Of a stretch of DNA of 64,000 bases, positions 45,072 through 60,160 are shown piece by piece. This DNA comes from the human T2T-CHM13v2.0 reference genome, Homo sapiens: the NCBI RefSeq assembly GCF_009914755.1, contig NC_060932.1; one strand, written 5' to 3'. The position numbers and the translations under genes are program-made. Under the pieces are notes generated by a model. That model did no database searches and had not been told where the DNA came from. It was given only the letters and a program-made list of their open reading frames with translations. Position 1 is the stretch's first letter. Each line of letters opens with the position of its first letter.

Positions 45072-45639
45072 TGATGGCAAAGATCATATTCTAAGAACAT
45101 AATATGGTATAGGAAAGGTATTTCCTGTAAACATTTAAGGTATATTTCCTATACCTTAAAACAGATGTCAAATAAAGCAGTCTTGGAAGAAACTAAAAAG
45201 TTAAAACTGACAAATAGGGAATGGGTTATTACTATTGATGAAAACAAAGCATTCAAAAGACAGCAAAAAAAAAAAGGCTTTTTTGTTAGTTTCAGAAAAC
45301 TGAAATTTAAAATTCAATTGGTAAGTCACCTAGACCTCTAAATCAGCCAGTTGGAAATGCAGTATGGCTTTAGAAGAGAGGACAGCAAAGACCAAGTTAT
45401 GCAGAATATTTTCATGAAAATCATAGTTAACACTACAGAAAGACGGGAAGAGTTCAGGGTACAAACTCTTTGGCAACCTATGTTCTTAAGATGAAAAATC
45501 TGCAGATGATCGGGCTGGTGGGGGAAAAAGGATTATAGAAAAAAAAATAAATGCAACATGATGGAAAGCAACAGCTAAAAGCATTTAGGATGAACATTCA
45601 GAAAATTGACAATATAACACTTAAAAATAATCATACAAT

Positions 45640-47830
45640 GTCTTTTTAATCATTTTGTTGGTAGTTATACTTTATGTGCAAAATGCTGAACATATTTAAA
45701 AAGTAAAATTTCCAAAATGTGACAGATGCATACATCTAGGAAGAGAATACACAATCAATACACAGAATATTTCCTTCAGCCAGAAATTTCCTCTTGTTCC
45801 TTTTTAATCCATCATTCCCTTCACACTGACCCAGGCAACTGGTGATAGTCTACTTTCTGTCACTACCGATATATTAGCATTTTCTAGAATTTTATATTAA
45901 TGAATTGGTACAGTGTGACTTTTTGTATATCTTTGTTATTGCTTTCTGTGCAACTCAGATTTATCATGCTGCTGTGTTCATCAGTTTTTTTTTTACAGAT
46001 CGAACTTGTTTTATTTTTATTTATATTTATTTATTTAATTATTTTTATTATACTTTAAGTTCTAGGATACATGTGCACAATGTATAGGTTTGTTACATAT
46101 GTATACATGTGCCATGTTGGTGTGCTGCACCCATGAACTCGTCTTTTACATTAGGTATATCTCCTAATGCTATCCCTCCCCCTACCCCTACCCCACGACA
46201 GGCCCCAGTGTGTGATGTTCCCCTTCCTGTGTCCAGGTGTTCTCAATGTTCAATTCCCACCTATGAGTGAGAACATGCAGTGTTTGGTTTTTTGTCCTTG
46301 TGATAGTTTGCTAAGAATGATGGTTTCCTGCTTCATCCATGTCCCTAAAAAGGACATGAACTCATCCTTTTTGTGGCTGCATAGTATTCCATGGTGTATA
46401 TGTGCCACATTTTCTTAATCTAGTCTATCATTGTTGGACATTTAGCTTGGTTCCAAGTCTTTGCTATTGTGAATAGTGCTGCATAAACATACGTGTGCAT
46501 GTGTCTTTATAGCAGCATGATTTATAATCCTTTGGGTATATATCCAGTAATGGGATGGCTGGGTCAAATGGTATTTCTAGTTCTAGATCCTTGAGGAATT
46601 GCCGCACTGTCTTCCACAATGGTTGAACTAGTTTACAGTCCCACCAACAGTATAAAAGTGTTCCTATTTCTCCACATCCTCTCCAGAGCCTATTGTTTCC
46701 TGACATTTTAATGTTCGCCATTCTAACTGGTGTGAGATGGTATCTCATTGTGGTTTTGATTTGCATCTCTCTGATGGCCAGTGATGATGAGCATTTTTTC
46801 AAGTGTCTATTGGCTGTATAAATGTCTTCTATCTTGGGCGAAGGATATGAACAGACACTTCTCATCAGTAATTATTTTTTTGGTAAACAGTATTCTTGTA
46901 GATGGATATAACTAAATTTCTTTGTCTCTTCATCAGTTGATACCTTTTTTTGTCCAGTTTTTGAATATCATGAATAAAGCTGCTCTGAATATTTTTAGAA
47001 AAGGTCTTTAGGTAGATGGATGTTATCATTTCCGTTGGACAGAACACAGTGGAAACACTGTGTCTTATGGCAGGTGTATATTCAATAATTTAAGAAACTA
47101 CACACATTCTCCCAAAATAGTGTGCAATTTTACATTCTTACCAGCACATAGAATTACAGTTCTCTAAATGCTCATTAACACATAGTATTGTCAATGTTTG
47201 TCATTTTGATCATTCTAATATTTTGATTTTAGTTTCTACTAAACTACCATAGTTAATAAGAGTATAGTGGTTTTCAAATTTTTTACCCTTTTTAAAATGT
47301 TTTCTCATGGTTGAAGTTTATAAATTCTTTATATATTTTGGATACAAATTCTCTATCTGCTATACATGCTATGAAAATATTCCTGCAATCTGTGGCTTGT
47401 TTTTTCTCAGCTATGTTTTCCACAGAACAAACACTTTAATTGTATAAATTACAAATTACCAATTTGTTACAGTCCATGCTTTTCTGTTGTTTTTACAAGA
47501 ATACTTTTAAGTTAGGTTTTTGTATGATACATGGTAAAAAGATAATATTCTTTAATTTTCCATATGGATATTCAGTTTTCAAAAAGACTTTGTGTTAAAT
47601 TTTTTATTATTTTACCATTTCTTTGTTGCAACAGCTAGATCTTCAAGCATAATGTGGAACAGAAGTTGTCAGAGTGGCTGTCCTTATCAGGAAAGTGATT
47701 TTATTTTTACTATTGTATATGATTCAGCTTTATCAGACTGATGCCATTTCATTCTATTTCTAGTTTACTGGAGATTTCTTATCATTAATTTTGTCAAATA
47801 CTGTTTCTCCATCTATTAAAGTGCTGTCTG
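45640..47830 (-). mobile_element. Old L1ME/L1M, interrupted by L1PA at ~45986-46864
   Basis: 'ccaggcaactggtgat...tttctgtcact...tttctagaatttta', continuing 'cagtattc...gaataaagctgctctgaatatt'. Confidence 0.75.
46009..46864 (-). mobile_element. Young-type L1PA (PA4/5-like) 3' fragment with 30-bp 5' inversion
   Basis: 'tatactttaagttctaggatacatgtgcacaa'; ORF ...[18 protein letters not shown]...[12 protein letters not shown]; sense segment at 46835-46864. Confidence 0.96.
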
Positions 47831-47840
47831 TTTTTCTCTT

Positions 47841-47925
47841 TGAACAATAAAAAATTTGGCTGGCCTTTGTTTCCTCTTCCTGGGAAGTAACCTCCAAATC
47901 CCTGCAATTTCTCAAGTGATTTGGA
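47841..47925 (+). mobile_element. MER21/MER77-like LTR 5' fragment
   Basis: 'aaatttggctggcctttgtttcctcttcctgggaagtaacctccaaatccctg'. Confidence 0.55.
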
Positions 47926-49420
47926 AGCCTCCCTGTCCTCACCCCCTTTGCCTGAGTTCTATTATATTTCTCAGAAAAAATAAAGTTAATATTTTCATTT
48001 TGCACGAGCAGTTAACCTGGTTATACTATGAGCTCTCTCATCTTCAGTAGATGCAGGCTTAAATATCAGTGTAATTTCTTAAGTCTTTATTGTTCTACTG
48101 TGCGTCTGTCTCATGCATTCGTAATTCATCAGTCTGCCAGAGATTTACATAAGGCCCATACCCAAAATTAAGAAATCCCCTTCTCTCCTCTCTCCTCTCT
48201 GGGATTCCTCTTTACTCTCTGTAGTTTCACCTGCACAGACTCCTTTTCCTGGTTCCTCTAGCCAGAAATATGGCAAGTTTTAATCAGATTTATTCATCTA
48301 CACTTTACTGATTTGAGTCCCTGGTACACCATCAAGAAAAAGCCAAAAAACAATGGAAAGTTTCAAGTTTTAACTCCCCCAACAATATGCTTGCATTTGT
48401 TTACTATTCTGAATTTTCCACTAGTTCTTCCCTATATTTCTTCTTGAGTATGTAGCAGTTATCAGTAGAAGGGCTAGACTATAGAGGACCTACACTGATA
48501 TGTTAGAAGAAAATCTCAATTAATGAATTTAGTGATTAGGAATCCATGAAGATATCTGAAAATTTTAGTAGATGGATAACTCAATAAGCAAGAACTTCTT
48601 AAAACCAATGAATGGTCTAGTTCATGAAATTCAAATCACGTGAAACCAATGTCTTGGTGTATTTATGGATGTTGCAAACCCTAATTATCTTGATTGCTAT
48701 TACACATTCAGCTCACTTGAAAAATCTGATGTCCAATAAATGAATTTGTGCCCATCCATTGCAAGTACATGTTGTGAAATACACGGCAATAATTTTGCAT
48801 AATAATTCATTTACAGTAAATTTTACTTTCAGTAACAGTAATAGAAAACATATTTGTGAACCAATATGTATTAATAGAAGCCAAAACTTTTCTTGGTATT
48901 ATTCAGACAACTAAGTTATCTCTGAGTTATATACATTTTTGGTCTGTTTGTTACTTTATGCACTAATAAATCTAGTAATTATGGATAGATTCCAGCAACA
49001 TAATTCAAGTGTCCTAGAGATATATTGAGATTTCTTGGAATATTCTCCCTTGAGGGTGAAAAATTATGAGAATCTTCATGCTTCTTTCAAAATTGGCAGT
49101 CCATAAAATTACTATGCTTGTTTTTTGCTCTTGTTTCTACAAATGCTTACAGAACTATGAATCAGGCTTTATGAGAGATACTAGGGATAAAATGAGTTCC
49201 TCTAGTTTCAGAGAAGCTAATATGTAAAGTATGCATTCAAAGTAAAGAATTTCTAGTTGTTATTATTTTCATTGCTTTTATATATGGAATTTTAATTATA
49301 TATTCACAAAAGTAGTCCCCTCCTTTTTGAAAATTTTCTCTAAATTGATCTACAAGATAATCAATGTGCAAGACAATCTTCACAATCTTACACCTCTACT
49401 TTTCATAACTGAGCTATGCT

Positions 49421-49583
49421 TTTTTTTCTTTTTTTGTTCTGACAAGGTCTTGTTTTGCCCAGTCTGGAGTGCAGTGGCATGATCTCTGCTCACTATAGCC
49501 TCTGCCACCCGCTAGGCTCAAGCAATACTCCCACCTCAGCCTCCTGAGTAGCTGGGACCACAGGCATGCACCACCATGCCTGG

Positions 49584-49615
<32 letters not shown>

Positions 49616-49733
49616 TATAGACAAGCTCTCGCCATATTGCCTAAGCTGGTGTTGAACTTCTGGGTTCTAGCAATCTGCCCACCTTGGCCTCCCAAAATTC
49701 TGGGATTACAGGTGTGAGTCACCATGCCCAGCT
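49421..49733 (-). mobile_element. AluJ with expanded T linker
   Basis: 'ggctcaagcaatactcccacctcagcc'; TSD gagctatgcttttt / gagatatgcttttt. Confidence 0.93.
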
Positions 49734-50194
49734 CGAGATATGCTTTTTAAATACATTCATTTTACTTGTGTTCTCGAACTATTTACAAAAACATTATTGT
49801 AAAGTACTAATATTATCCTTAATTTATTCTGTGAAATATTAGGATTTAAGAAAATGAAGTACAAAAATTCAAGATTTAACCTGAGTATGAGATATCAAAG
49901 TGGCATCAGATTTTGAGCAGCTGATGTTAGCTATATGAGATAGGTTCAACAAAATAATATTCAACAGCCTCAAATAGAGTTTCTGAGTCACATTCTGCCC
50001 AGCCAATATTCATGTATGATAGGAGACTTATCAGTAGTCTGGATTCAACTTTGTGCTTTTTAATAATGGAGATCCAATGCTTCTTGAGGATCATTAGTAT
50101 TTACTAATGGCTCATGTCCTATTTTCTGTTCCAACTGTGCTATTTTCTTACTTCCTCAAAGTGAAGAGGGGTCCTTCTTGTAAAAGATGGTTGT

Positions 50195-50440
50195 TAGTGA
50201 GAGGAATGAGATCTTGAGATCCATTGTGCTCACAGTGATTATATAGTAATGTATTATATATTTCAAAATTGCCAAGAGAATAAATTTTAAATGTTCTCAC
50301 CACAAAAACTAATAAGGGTGCAAGGTGATGAAAATGTTAATTATCCTGATCTATCATTCCACAATGTATACATGCATCAAATAATCACATTGTACCCCAT
50401 AAATATATACAATAGTCAATAAAAACAGAAATTATACAGT
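50195..50440 (+). mobile_element. L1MA 3' end
   Basis: 'aaatgttctcaccacaaaa...atcacattgtaccccataaatatatacaat'. Confidence 0.88.
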
Positions 50441-50755
50441 TTTAAAATACAAAAAACAAAAACAAAATTTAAGCTAGAATTTTTCCTTTTTTGGAATTGA
50501 TTATGAAAAATTAGTACAATGAAAAGGATGCCACTATTTAATATTAAATATATGCTGTATGACACACTGACTCAAAGAACTCAAGGAATGGGAAATGATT
50601 AGATCTCCTTTTTGTGAGAAAGAAATCTCAAAGAAAATGAATCAAACAAAAAACTAGCAATTTGTGTAGATAATAGAAAATAGAGAATTCTTTGCTAAGT
50701 ACCTAATTCCTCTTGGTTTCTTATAGTATTCATTGATTATCAAAGCTATTGTTCT

Positions 50756-51110
<355 letters not shown>

Positions 51111-51441
51111 CTAGAATAGTTATTTAATTTCAGTAATGTTGTCTTAAGTAGGGAAGAGGTTATTTCTTTTTTCTCTCAGCTGTCTTCTACTTCTTCTGAG
51201 GTTGATATAAATTAATAGCATGGATTAGTGTAGCACTGGGATTTGGCCTATGCCCTAGTGCTGGCATGATAGAAACACTGTTCAAAATGTCATTCATGGG
51301 TTGTCACTTTTATTTTCTTAAAAAGAAACTTTATTGTGAGTAATTTACATAAGCACACTTTACTTAAAGTGTACAAATGACACGTGATATTTGAATACAT
51401 CTGTGAAACTAACAGCATATTCAAGTTAAAGATGTATTTAA

Positions 51442-52140
<699 letters not shown>

Positions 52141-52185
52141 ATATATATGTGTGTGTATGTATACAAATATATATATACATATATA

Positions 52186-53850
52186 TTTTTTCCAAATTAA
52201 CTGTTTGTTACATAGGCAAATGTGTGGCATGGAGGTTTCTGCACATATCAACCCATCACCTAGGTATTAAGCCCAGCATGCATTAGTGATTTATCCAGTT
52301 GCTCTCCCTCCCATTGCCTCTCTGACAGGCCCCGGTGTATGTTGTTCCCCTCCCTCTGTCCATGTGTTCTTGTTGTTCAGCTCCCAATAATGAGTGAGAA
52401 CATGGTGGTGTTTGGTTTTCTGTTCCTGTGTTAGTTTGCTGAAAATGATGGCTTCCAAATTCATCCATGTCCCTGCAAAGGACATGATCTTGCTCCTTTT
52501 TTTGGCTGCATAGTATTCCATAGTGCATATGTACCACATTTTCTTTATCTAGTCTATTGCTGATGGGCATTTTGGTTGATTCCATGTCTTTGCTATTGTG
52601 AATAGTGCTGGAATAAACATATGCATGCATATATCTTTATAATAGAATGATTTATATTTCCTTGGGTATATAAACTATAATGGGATTGCTGGGTCAAATG
52701 GTATTTCTGGTTCTACATATTTGAGGAATCCCTACACTGTCTTCCACAATGGTTTAACTACTTTACATTCCCACCAACAGTGTAAAAGTGTTCCTATTTC
52801 TCCACAGCTCTGCCAGCATCTATTCTTTCCTGACTTTTTAATAATCACCATTCTGACTGGCATGAGTTGATATCTCATTGTGGTTTTGATTTGCATTTCT
52901 CTAATTATCAGTGATGTTGAGCTTTTTTTCACATGTTTGTTGGCTGCATATATGTCTTCTTTTGAGAAGTGTCTGTTCATGTCCTTTGCCCATTTTTTGA
53001 TGAGGTTGTTTGTTTTTCCCTTGCAAATTTTTTAAGTTCCTTGTAAATTCTGAATATTAGACCTTTGTCAGATGGGTAGATTGCAAAAATTTTCTCCCAT
53101 TCTGTAAGTTGCCTGTTCACATTGATGATAATTTCTTTTTCTGTGCAGAAGCTCTTTAGTTTAATTAGATCCCATTTGTCAATTTTGGCATGTGCTGCCA
53201 TTGTTTTTGGTGATTTCATCATAAAATCTCTGCCCATGCCTATGTCCTGAGTGGTATTGCCCAGGTTTTCTTCTAGGGTTTTTATAGTTTTGGGTTTTAC
53301 ATTTAAGTCTTTAATCCATCTTGAGTTAATTTTTATATAAGGTGTAAGGAAGGGGTCCAGTTTCAGTTTTCTGCATATGACTAGCTAGTTTTCTCAGCAC
53401 CACTTATTAAATAGAGAATCCTTTCCCCATTGCTTGTTTTTGTTAGGTTTGTTGAAGATCAGATGGCTGTAGATATGTGGTCTTATTTCTGAGATTTCTA
53501 TTCTGTTCCATTGGTCAGTGTGTCTGTTTTGGTACCAGTACCATGCTGTTTTGGTTACTGTAGCCTTGTAGTATAGTTTGAAGTCATGTAGTGTGATGCC
53601 TCCAGCTTTGTTCTTTTTGCTTACGATTGTCTTGGCTATATGGGCTCTTTTATGGTTCTACATGAATTTTAAAGTAGTTTTTTCTAGTTCTGGGAAGAAA
53701 GTCAGTGGTAGTTTGATGGGAATAGCATTGAATCTATAAATTACTTTGGGCAGTATGGCCATTTTTAAGATACTGATTCTTCCTATCCACAAGAGTGGAA
53801 TGTTTTCCCATTTGTTTGTGTCCTCTCTTACGCCTTTGAGCAGTGGGTTG
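52186..53850 (-). mobile_element. 5'-truncated L1PA10/11-like element
   Basis: 'atcaacccatcacctaggtattaagcccagcatgcattag'; ORF2 fragments [31 protein letters not shown]. Confidence 0.95.
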
Positions 53851-53859
53851 TATAAGGAG

Positions 53860-54950
53860 AATAATTTTTGATAATGTTCAATATCAATTAATCAAGTTTT
53901 TCTTTTATAACTCATGGTTTTGGTTTGCTTTCTAGCATCTTTTCCTAACCCAAGTTCTTAAAGAGTTTTTTCCCAGGATTTCTCATGATTTTATAGTTTT
54001 CCCTTTTACACTTAGGCTAGAATCTATTGAAAGTTAATTTTTGAGCATAATTTGATGTACTGGTGAGTTCCCCTTCCCACACAATATGGGTATCCAGTTG
54101 TTTCAGGACCATTTGTTGAAAAGTGTTTCCTTTCCTTAGTTGACTTTATTTTGCATCTTTGCCAAAAAATAATTTAACCTGAAGTGTGAAGATTTAATTC
54201 CTGGACTCTCTATTATTGAGTAATTTATATATCTACATTTTGGTCAATATTACAGTGTCTTGATTATATGTCTTTAGAATAAATCTTTAAGCAGGCTTAT
54301 GCAAGCCTTCCAACATTGCTCTTCTTTTGGGAAATTATTTTCTTTGTTCTTTGTTCTAAGTTTTTTTTTTTTAATGTAACACTTTAGTTTGTCAGTTTTT
54401 GGGATTTTGTGGGTGTTGCATTAATACTACATATAAGTCTGTGCAAACAAATATGAATCCTCAAATTCATAAGAGTAGTATACTTATACATTTATATAGG
54501 TTTTACTTATGAAACCTATACAAAAGGTGTGATGCAATTTTCTTAAATGTATGCATAATACATTTATATTAAAATTATTTAGTAATAATGTTGATGTTAT
54601 TGTAAATTAACTTAAAAATTATTTTTTAAATGATTACTGGTTGCATGAAATCACATAATTTTTTTATGCTGACATGTGTCCTACTGCTTTAGTTGACTAC
54701 ATTCCTTGGGATTTTCTGTGTAAACAATCATCTGCAAATAGGGAATCTTTTCATTCCTTTTCAATTATTATGTGTTTCTTTTTTCTTTCCTTCTTTTCAT
54801 CCTTATTTTACCTTATTGTAATGACTAGGCCCTTCAGTACAATAGTGAATAGAGGTATTGAAACTAGGCATCCTTCTTGCATCTTTGTTGAACTTAGGTA
54901 GACCACATTAAATATTTCAACATTAAGTATGATTTTAGTTGTAGGCAGGT
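53860..54950 (-). mobile_element. Old L1M ORF2 remnant
   Basis: 'ccatttgttgaaaag', 'aatcatctgcaaataggga', 'ccttcagtacaatagtgaatagag'. Confidence 0.75.
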
Positions 54951-56667
54951 AGTTGCTCCTTTCTTTGGATTATTTAATTAGACTTCCATAATCCCCAGAA
55001 AATAAAAAAAAACTAATAAATGATCTAACTGTTTGCTTTTATGGGAAAGGGCTAAGGAATCTCTTTCCATCTTCTTCTGTCTCTTCTCACTTAAGTGTCA
55101 GCACTCAGGCTTTCCTTACCTCTTCTGTTCCCCCAAATGTCTGCATTTTTCTTTCCCTTCATTGGATCTCATAATTTTGACCTTGGGTCCAATCAAACCT
55201 CTAAATTCACATTTGAGAATTAGGAAGTAGAGAGTATTATCCTGATATCTCACTTTTTCTCTTTATATTCAGGCTTACTTTATGTGTGGGAGGATACATT
55301 TTACTATATGGCACAATACAGCTTAACAGAATTTGACATTACTGTTTGGAATTAAATTTTGAGTTTACAAAAAGTCATATGTGATTTTTCTCTGCCTGCT
55401 TTCTGAAAATATGTATCTCTGGAACCTTGTTTGCAATGATGATGGATAGAAACTTATAAAAATGACAATTTTTGTGTCAGTAGAGAAAAATACTACGTTG
55501 GTATCAAATCTTAAGATAAACTACATGTTTTGCTTTTAACTATATTTTGTTATGTGGTTTAAAAAGCAATTTTGATGGCACACAAATGCAGAAGAAGCTG
55601 GAGAATGGTTATTTCATATGAGAAATGCATTTCAATGAGAAAAAAATGAGAATCTGGGTGAGGAGGAGTGTATGTTTTGAAAGTTACTAGACTAAGGCTA
55701 TTCAAAGAAACAGTTAATGGAGAAAATTCATTCTTTTACAAGAAAGCTTTGCATAATTGCATTGGTTCCAGCTACAAACCAAGAACAGCTGGACATCAAC
55801 AGATATATTATGCTCTGCTATCTAATGGTAGCAGCTGATAAGACATCAGGGGAGTCTACTGTGATGATTATCTCACCATGAGTGAACTGTAATGTGCCCA
55901 GAAACTCAAAACAGCCACCCCAAGGAAACATTAAAACCACTCTGAAATCTATGCCTATAAGGGAAGATTTGTACAAATCCTTAGATCTTCATAAGAGACG
56001 TTATATGCCATTTTTAGAGGACACCCGATAGAAAATAAAGCAAGAAGAGTTGACTCACAGGATCCACTACTCTGAATCCATAGTAAATATGAATTACATG
56101 CATGAGAAAGGAATACAAGTGAGAGTGAGTAAAGAGTTTGAAAATTATGTTAGTAATTTATTTTTCAGAAAATAAATCATGTATTTATGGTTGATTTTTT
56201 TCCTTCTTCCAGATTTATTTATCCTTCCAGAAGTTTCACATTACTTAGGACCATATGTTTTATTATCATTGTACTTGTTTGTAATAGAGATTCTACTTTC
56301 AAGAGTCTATAATACACTAAAATTACGGTAATAGAATGTTTGCTCTTAGAGTGTGTGCTAACTGAAATAATATGTCAAGTATCATTTCACACTGTGATAC
56401 AAAGAACAATTAATTTGCTACCAACTACTTTTTATAACATCTGTACAACACTACCTCAGACTTTTAGCCATCTGATGTTGTTCTTTCTGAAATATAGTAC
56501 TTATTTATGATTTTCATGTGCTGACTTATTTCCAGGCGATACATATTCAACAGATGTTGGCAGCTATCTCCTCACATTATTGTGGTTTCCTTAAAATGTG
56601 TAATTACTCAACCCATTAGCAATTGTATCACTTTAATTCACTGTACATTGTCCCTCAAGTATCTTTT

Positions 56668-57170
56668 AGTAATGGACACTATGGTTTGTCTACCAAGTAT
56701 CCATTCTCCCCTTTTCCACTTATACTAGAAACAGATTTGTTTAGCTATCTCACCTTCCCCTCTTTATCTTTGTGCCTTGGGGGAAGTTCTAACCCAGTTT
56801 CAGCAATGTGTTTCATTGTCCAAGGATACTTCATTTGTCATGACAATAATTGGTTCAGAGATGGGCAGATAATCAAGTTCTGGCCAATAAGATGTAAGAG
56901 AGACTCAAAGAAAGAGACATTCTCTATTCTTCCCTAGTTAGTGTCAAGCATGGTATGATTGCTGAAAGTGCTGTAGCCATCTTGATATGAATCCAGAACT
57001 AAAGATAGCGAAATGGCGAGAAAGCATGAACCCAGGTCCTGGATAACATTGTTGATCTATTACATCAAACAATCATGGAGACCACACTACCACTATAATT
57101 GTAGGTATGTGATAACAAAGGTCCTTTTCGGGTGGATTTTATTTTATTTTTAGCTGCAAGTATCAAAATA
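56668..57170 (+). mobile_element. MLT1K/L-like LTR
   Basis: 'attggttcagagatgggca...ttctggccaataaga', 'gctgtagccatcttg', 'ggtcctggataacattgttga'. Confidence 0.75.
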
Positions 57171-59198
57171 TTTAACCATCTGTCATCCAATTGCTCATTT
57201 GTAACATCAGGGAAATAACACTGAAGTCAGTTTTTCCTTCATAATAATAAACTTTCTAGGATCCCTGTATATTTAATTTCAAGCAGATAAACTATATATA
57301 AGGAAGGAATTTGCCATAAAGTTGAACTATGTATATAAAGCAAGCTGAAGTCTCGAGGCCATCTTATTTAAAAGATTTTTTTTTAAACCTGACATAAATC
57401 TTTCATGGTCTCTGAATCTTCAGTCCTGTATCCATCCTATCAATCATAAAGTTTACAAAATTATGCTTTATTCAAAGAGGTAAATATGCTTCATCTGTGA
57501 ACTTAAAATTATAATTTTTACACCTATAGTATCTAACAAATTGCCAAAATATAAAGAGTAAGTTGAACACACAAACTACAATCTATGTATATATCAGTGC
57601 ATACCTATGTATAGTTCATGTGTACATATCTTGTACACACATGGACACACATATACATAACACTAGCCTCAAGTAAATTTATAGAATTATAATTGTTATT
57701 TCAGAAGTCCTCCTAGTATACCTTTAACCAAAAAGTAAATTTATCTCCTAAACTAAAAAAAGAAAAGAAATTGTTAGTGCCATCAGTTTTTTAATTATGA
57801 ATTTTCTCTAGAGTTACGAATTTATGGCAGGCATTTCCACAATATATAGTAATGCATAACAGAATAAGATTTGTTCTTCAATCCCTTAGTAACCACTCAA
57901 ATTCACACTCAGATGGTTTAATAACCAAAACCTTTTTCTTAGTCAGAATAATACTGAGCTCAGTATATCCCCAGCAATCACTTGCTTTTCTTTTTTGCTT
58001 ATTAGGTCAGGCAGATTTATTACTCCTGAGGAATTCAGTCTCTCAAACTTTCTTCTTTACAGTTTTTCTAAGCTATTATTTTAAGGAAAGTTTTGTTTTC
58101 TGTCTTAACAGATTTACCCCTATTAATAGCTTATGTAAATGAAAATAATATATGAAGGACAAAATATAAAATACATTTTTAAATGTGGACATATTATTTT
58201 AAAAGCCAAGAAATATTAAATCATAAAGTATTCATATATCCCAGTTAATCTTAAGATTACCATATCAATCTTTAACACAAAGAAAGAACATAAATATACA
58301 TTAAATAGTACAGTATATTCATTGGAATTACTAAAATATATAAATTATAGTTTACAAAAATTATTATGTAAGCATATTTGAATTAATATAAAGTAATCAT
58401 AATATTTTAACTAACCAAATACTTCACTTTCATGAGATTAAAAACAAAAATCTATGTTACAGTGTTATAATTCTTCAACAGTCTTATTTAAACTATTAAC
58501 ATTTTTAGTAGATATTTGACATATAGTACAAAGTTAACATTTCACCTTAGTTCCGATCTGATAATCTCATATGTAGGAAAGAGTTGATGAATATCCAATT
58601 GTTTAAGATTTGGTATTTAACATAGTATAAGTTTGTTAATTAGACTTGTAGGAAATAAAATTTTTACTATCTAGCTCTGCAAATCAGTAAGTTTATATTC
58701 TTTGGTCTAGTGGCTGAGTTATGTTGTATTTTTCTTTCTTTAATACACTACTTGTGCTTTTTGAAAAATGTCCACTTTACCAAAGCAGATATTCTTTCCA
58801 CATAAAAAAGAACTGAACCATTCTTAAATCAAATTTATCCCTAAGTTTAGTTTTCAGGATTGGTGTCATTTAGTGAGAGATATTATTATTGAACTATTTT
58901 ATTTTTATATTATGGATCTGCACTTACAGTATATTCTAGACTACTTAAGGACTCAAATTCTCAGTTCAAAAGATAGATGCTATCTGCAGAAATATATAAT
59001 TTTCACTTAAAAAATGTACCTCAAAGAAGTTTGTCCTCTATGTAGTAGTGATAAAGGCAAATCTGAGTCTAAAACTTCAGCTCTGGGTTTGTGATTAAAG
59101 CTTTTTAACAACATAATTTGAGCCTAAGAGTGGAACAAACATATCACTCTCTTGTACTACGTACTTAGAGAATATAGACAGTATAGCTCTCGCTCTAC

Positions 59199-60160
59199 TT
59201 TTAATTTCAGCTTTTATTTTAGACACAGGAGGTACATACATAGGATTATTACATGGGTTTATTGGACCCAGGTAAGGAGCATAGCACCCTGTAGATAACT
59301 TTGAAACCCACACTTCATTTCTCCCTCCCTCTCTAGTAGCGTTCAATGTTGGTTATTCCCATGTTTATGCCCATGTGTGCTCAATGTTTAGCTCCAACTT
59401 ATAAGAAATAGATGTGGTACTTGGTTTTCTGTTCCTTCATTAGTTCACTTAGAATTATGTCCTCCAGCTTCATCCATGTTGCAGCAAAGAACATGATTCT
59501 ATTATTTTTTATGGCTGCATAGTATTCCATGGTGTTTATGTACCACATTTTCTTTATCTAGTCAATGGGAACGTAGGTTGATTCCATGTCTTCGCTATTG
59601 TAAATAACATGGCAATGTACATACAAGCATGTGTTGCTTGATATATTGATCTATATTCCTTTGGGTATATATCCAGTAATGGGATTGCTTGGTTGAATGT
59701 TAGCTCTGTTTTAAGTTCTTTGAGAAACTTCAAATTGCTTTTCACAGTGGCTGAACTAATTTACATTCTCATCAACAGTGTATAAGTGTTCCCTTTTCTT
59801 CATAGCCTAGCCAGTATCTGTTATTTTTGACTTTTTAGTAATAGCCATTATGACTGGTGTGAGATGGTATCTCATTTTGGTTTTGACTTGCATTTTTCTG
59901 ATGATTAGTGATGATGAGCCCTTTTTAATGTGGTTTGGCTGCTTATATGTCTTCTTCTGAGACATTTTGTTCATGTCTTTTGCCCACTTTTTAATGGAGT
60001 TGTTTGCTTTTTGCTTGTTGATTTGTTTAAATTCATTATAGATTCTGGATATTAGACCTTTGTTGGATGGATAGTTTGTGAATATTTTCTCCCATTTTGT
60101 AGGCTGTCTGTTTACTCTGTTGATGATTTCTTTTGCTGTACAGAAACTCTTTAGTTAGGT
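59199..60160 (-). mobile_element. L1PA15/16-like 3' fragment
   Basis: 'cttttattttagacacaggaggtacat'; [27 protein letters not shown]. Confidence 0.92.
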
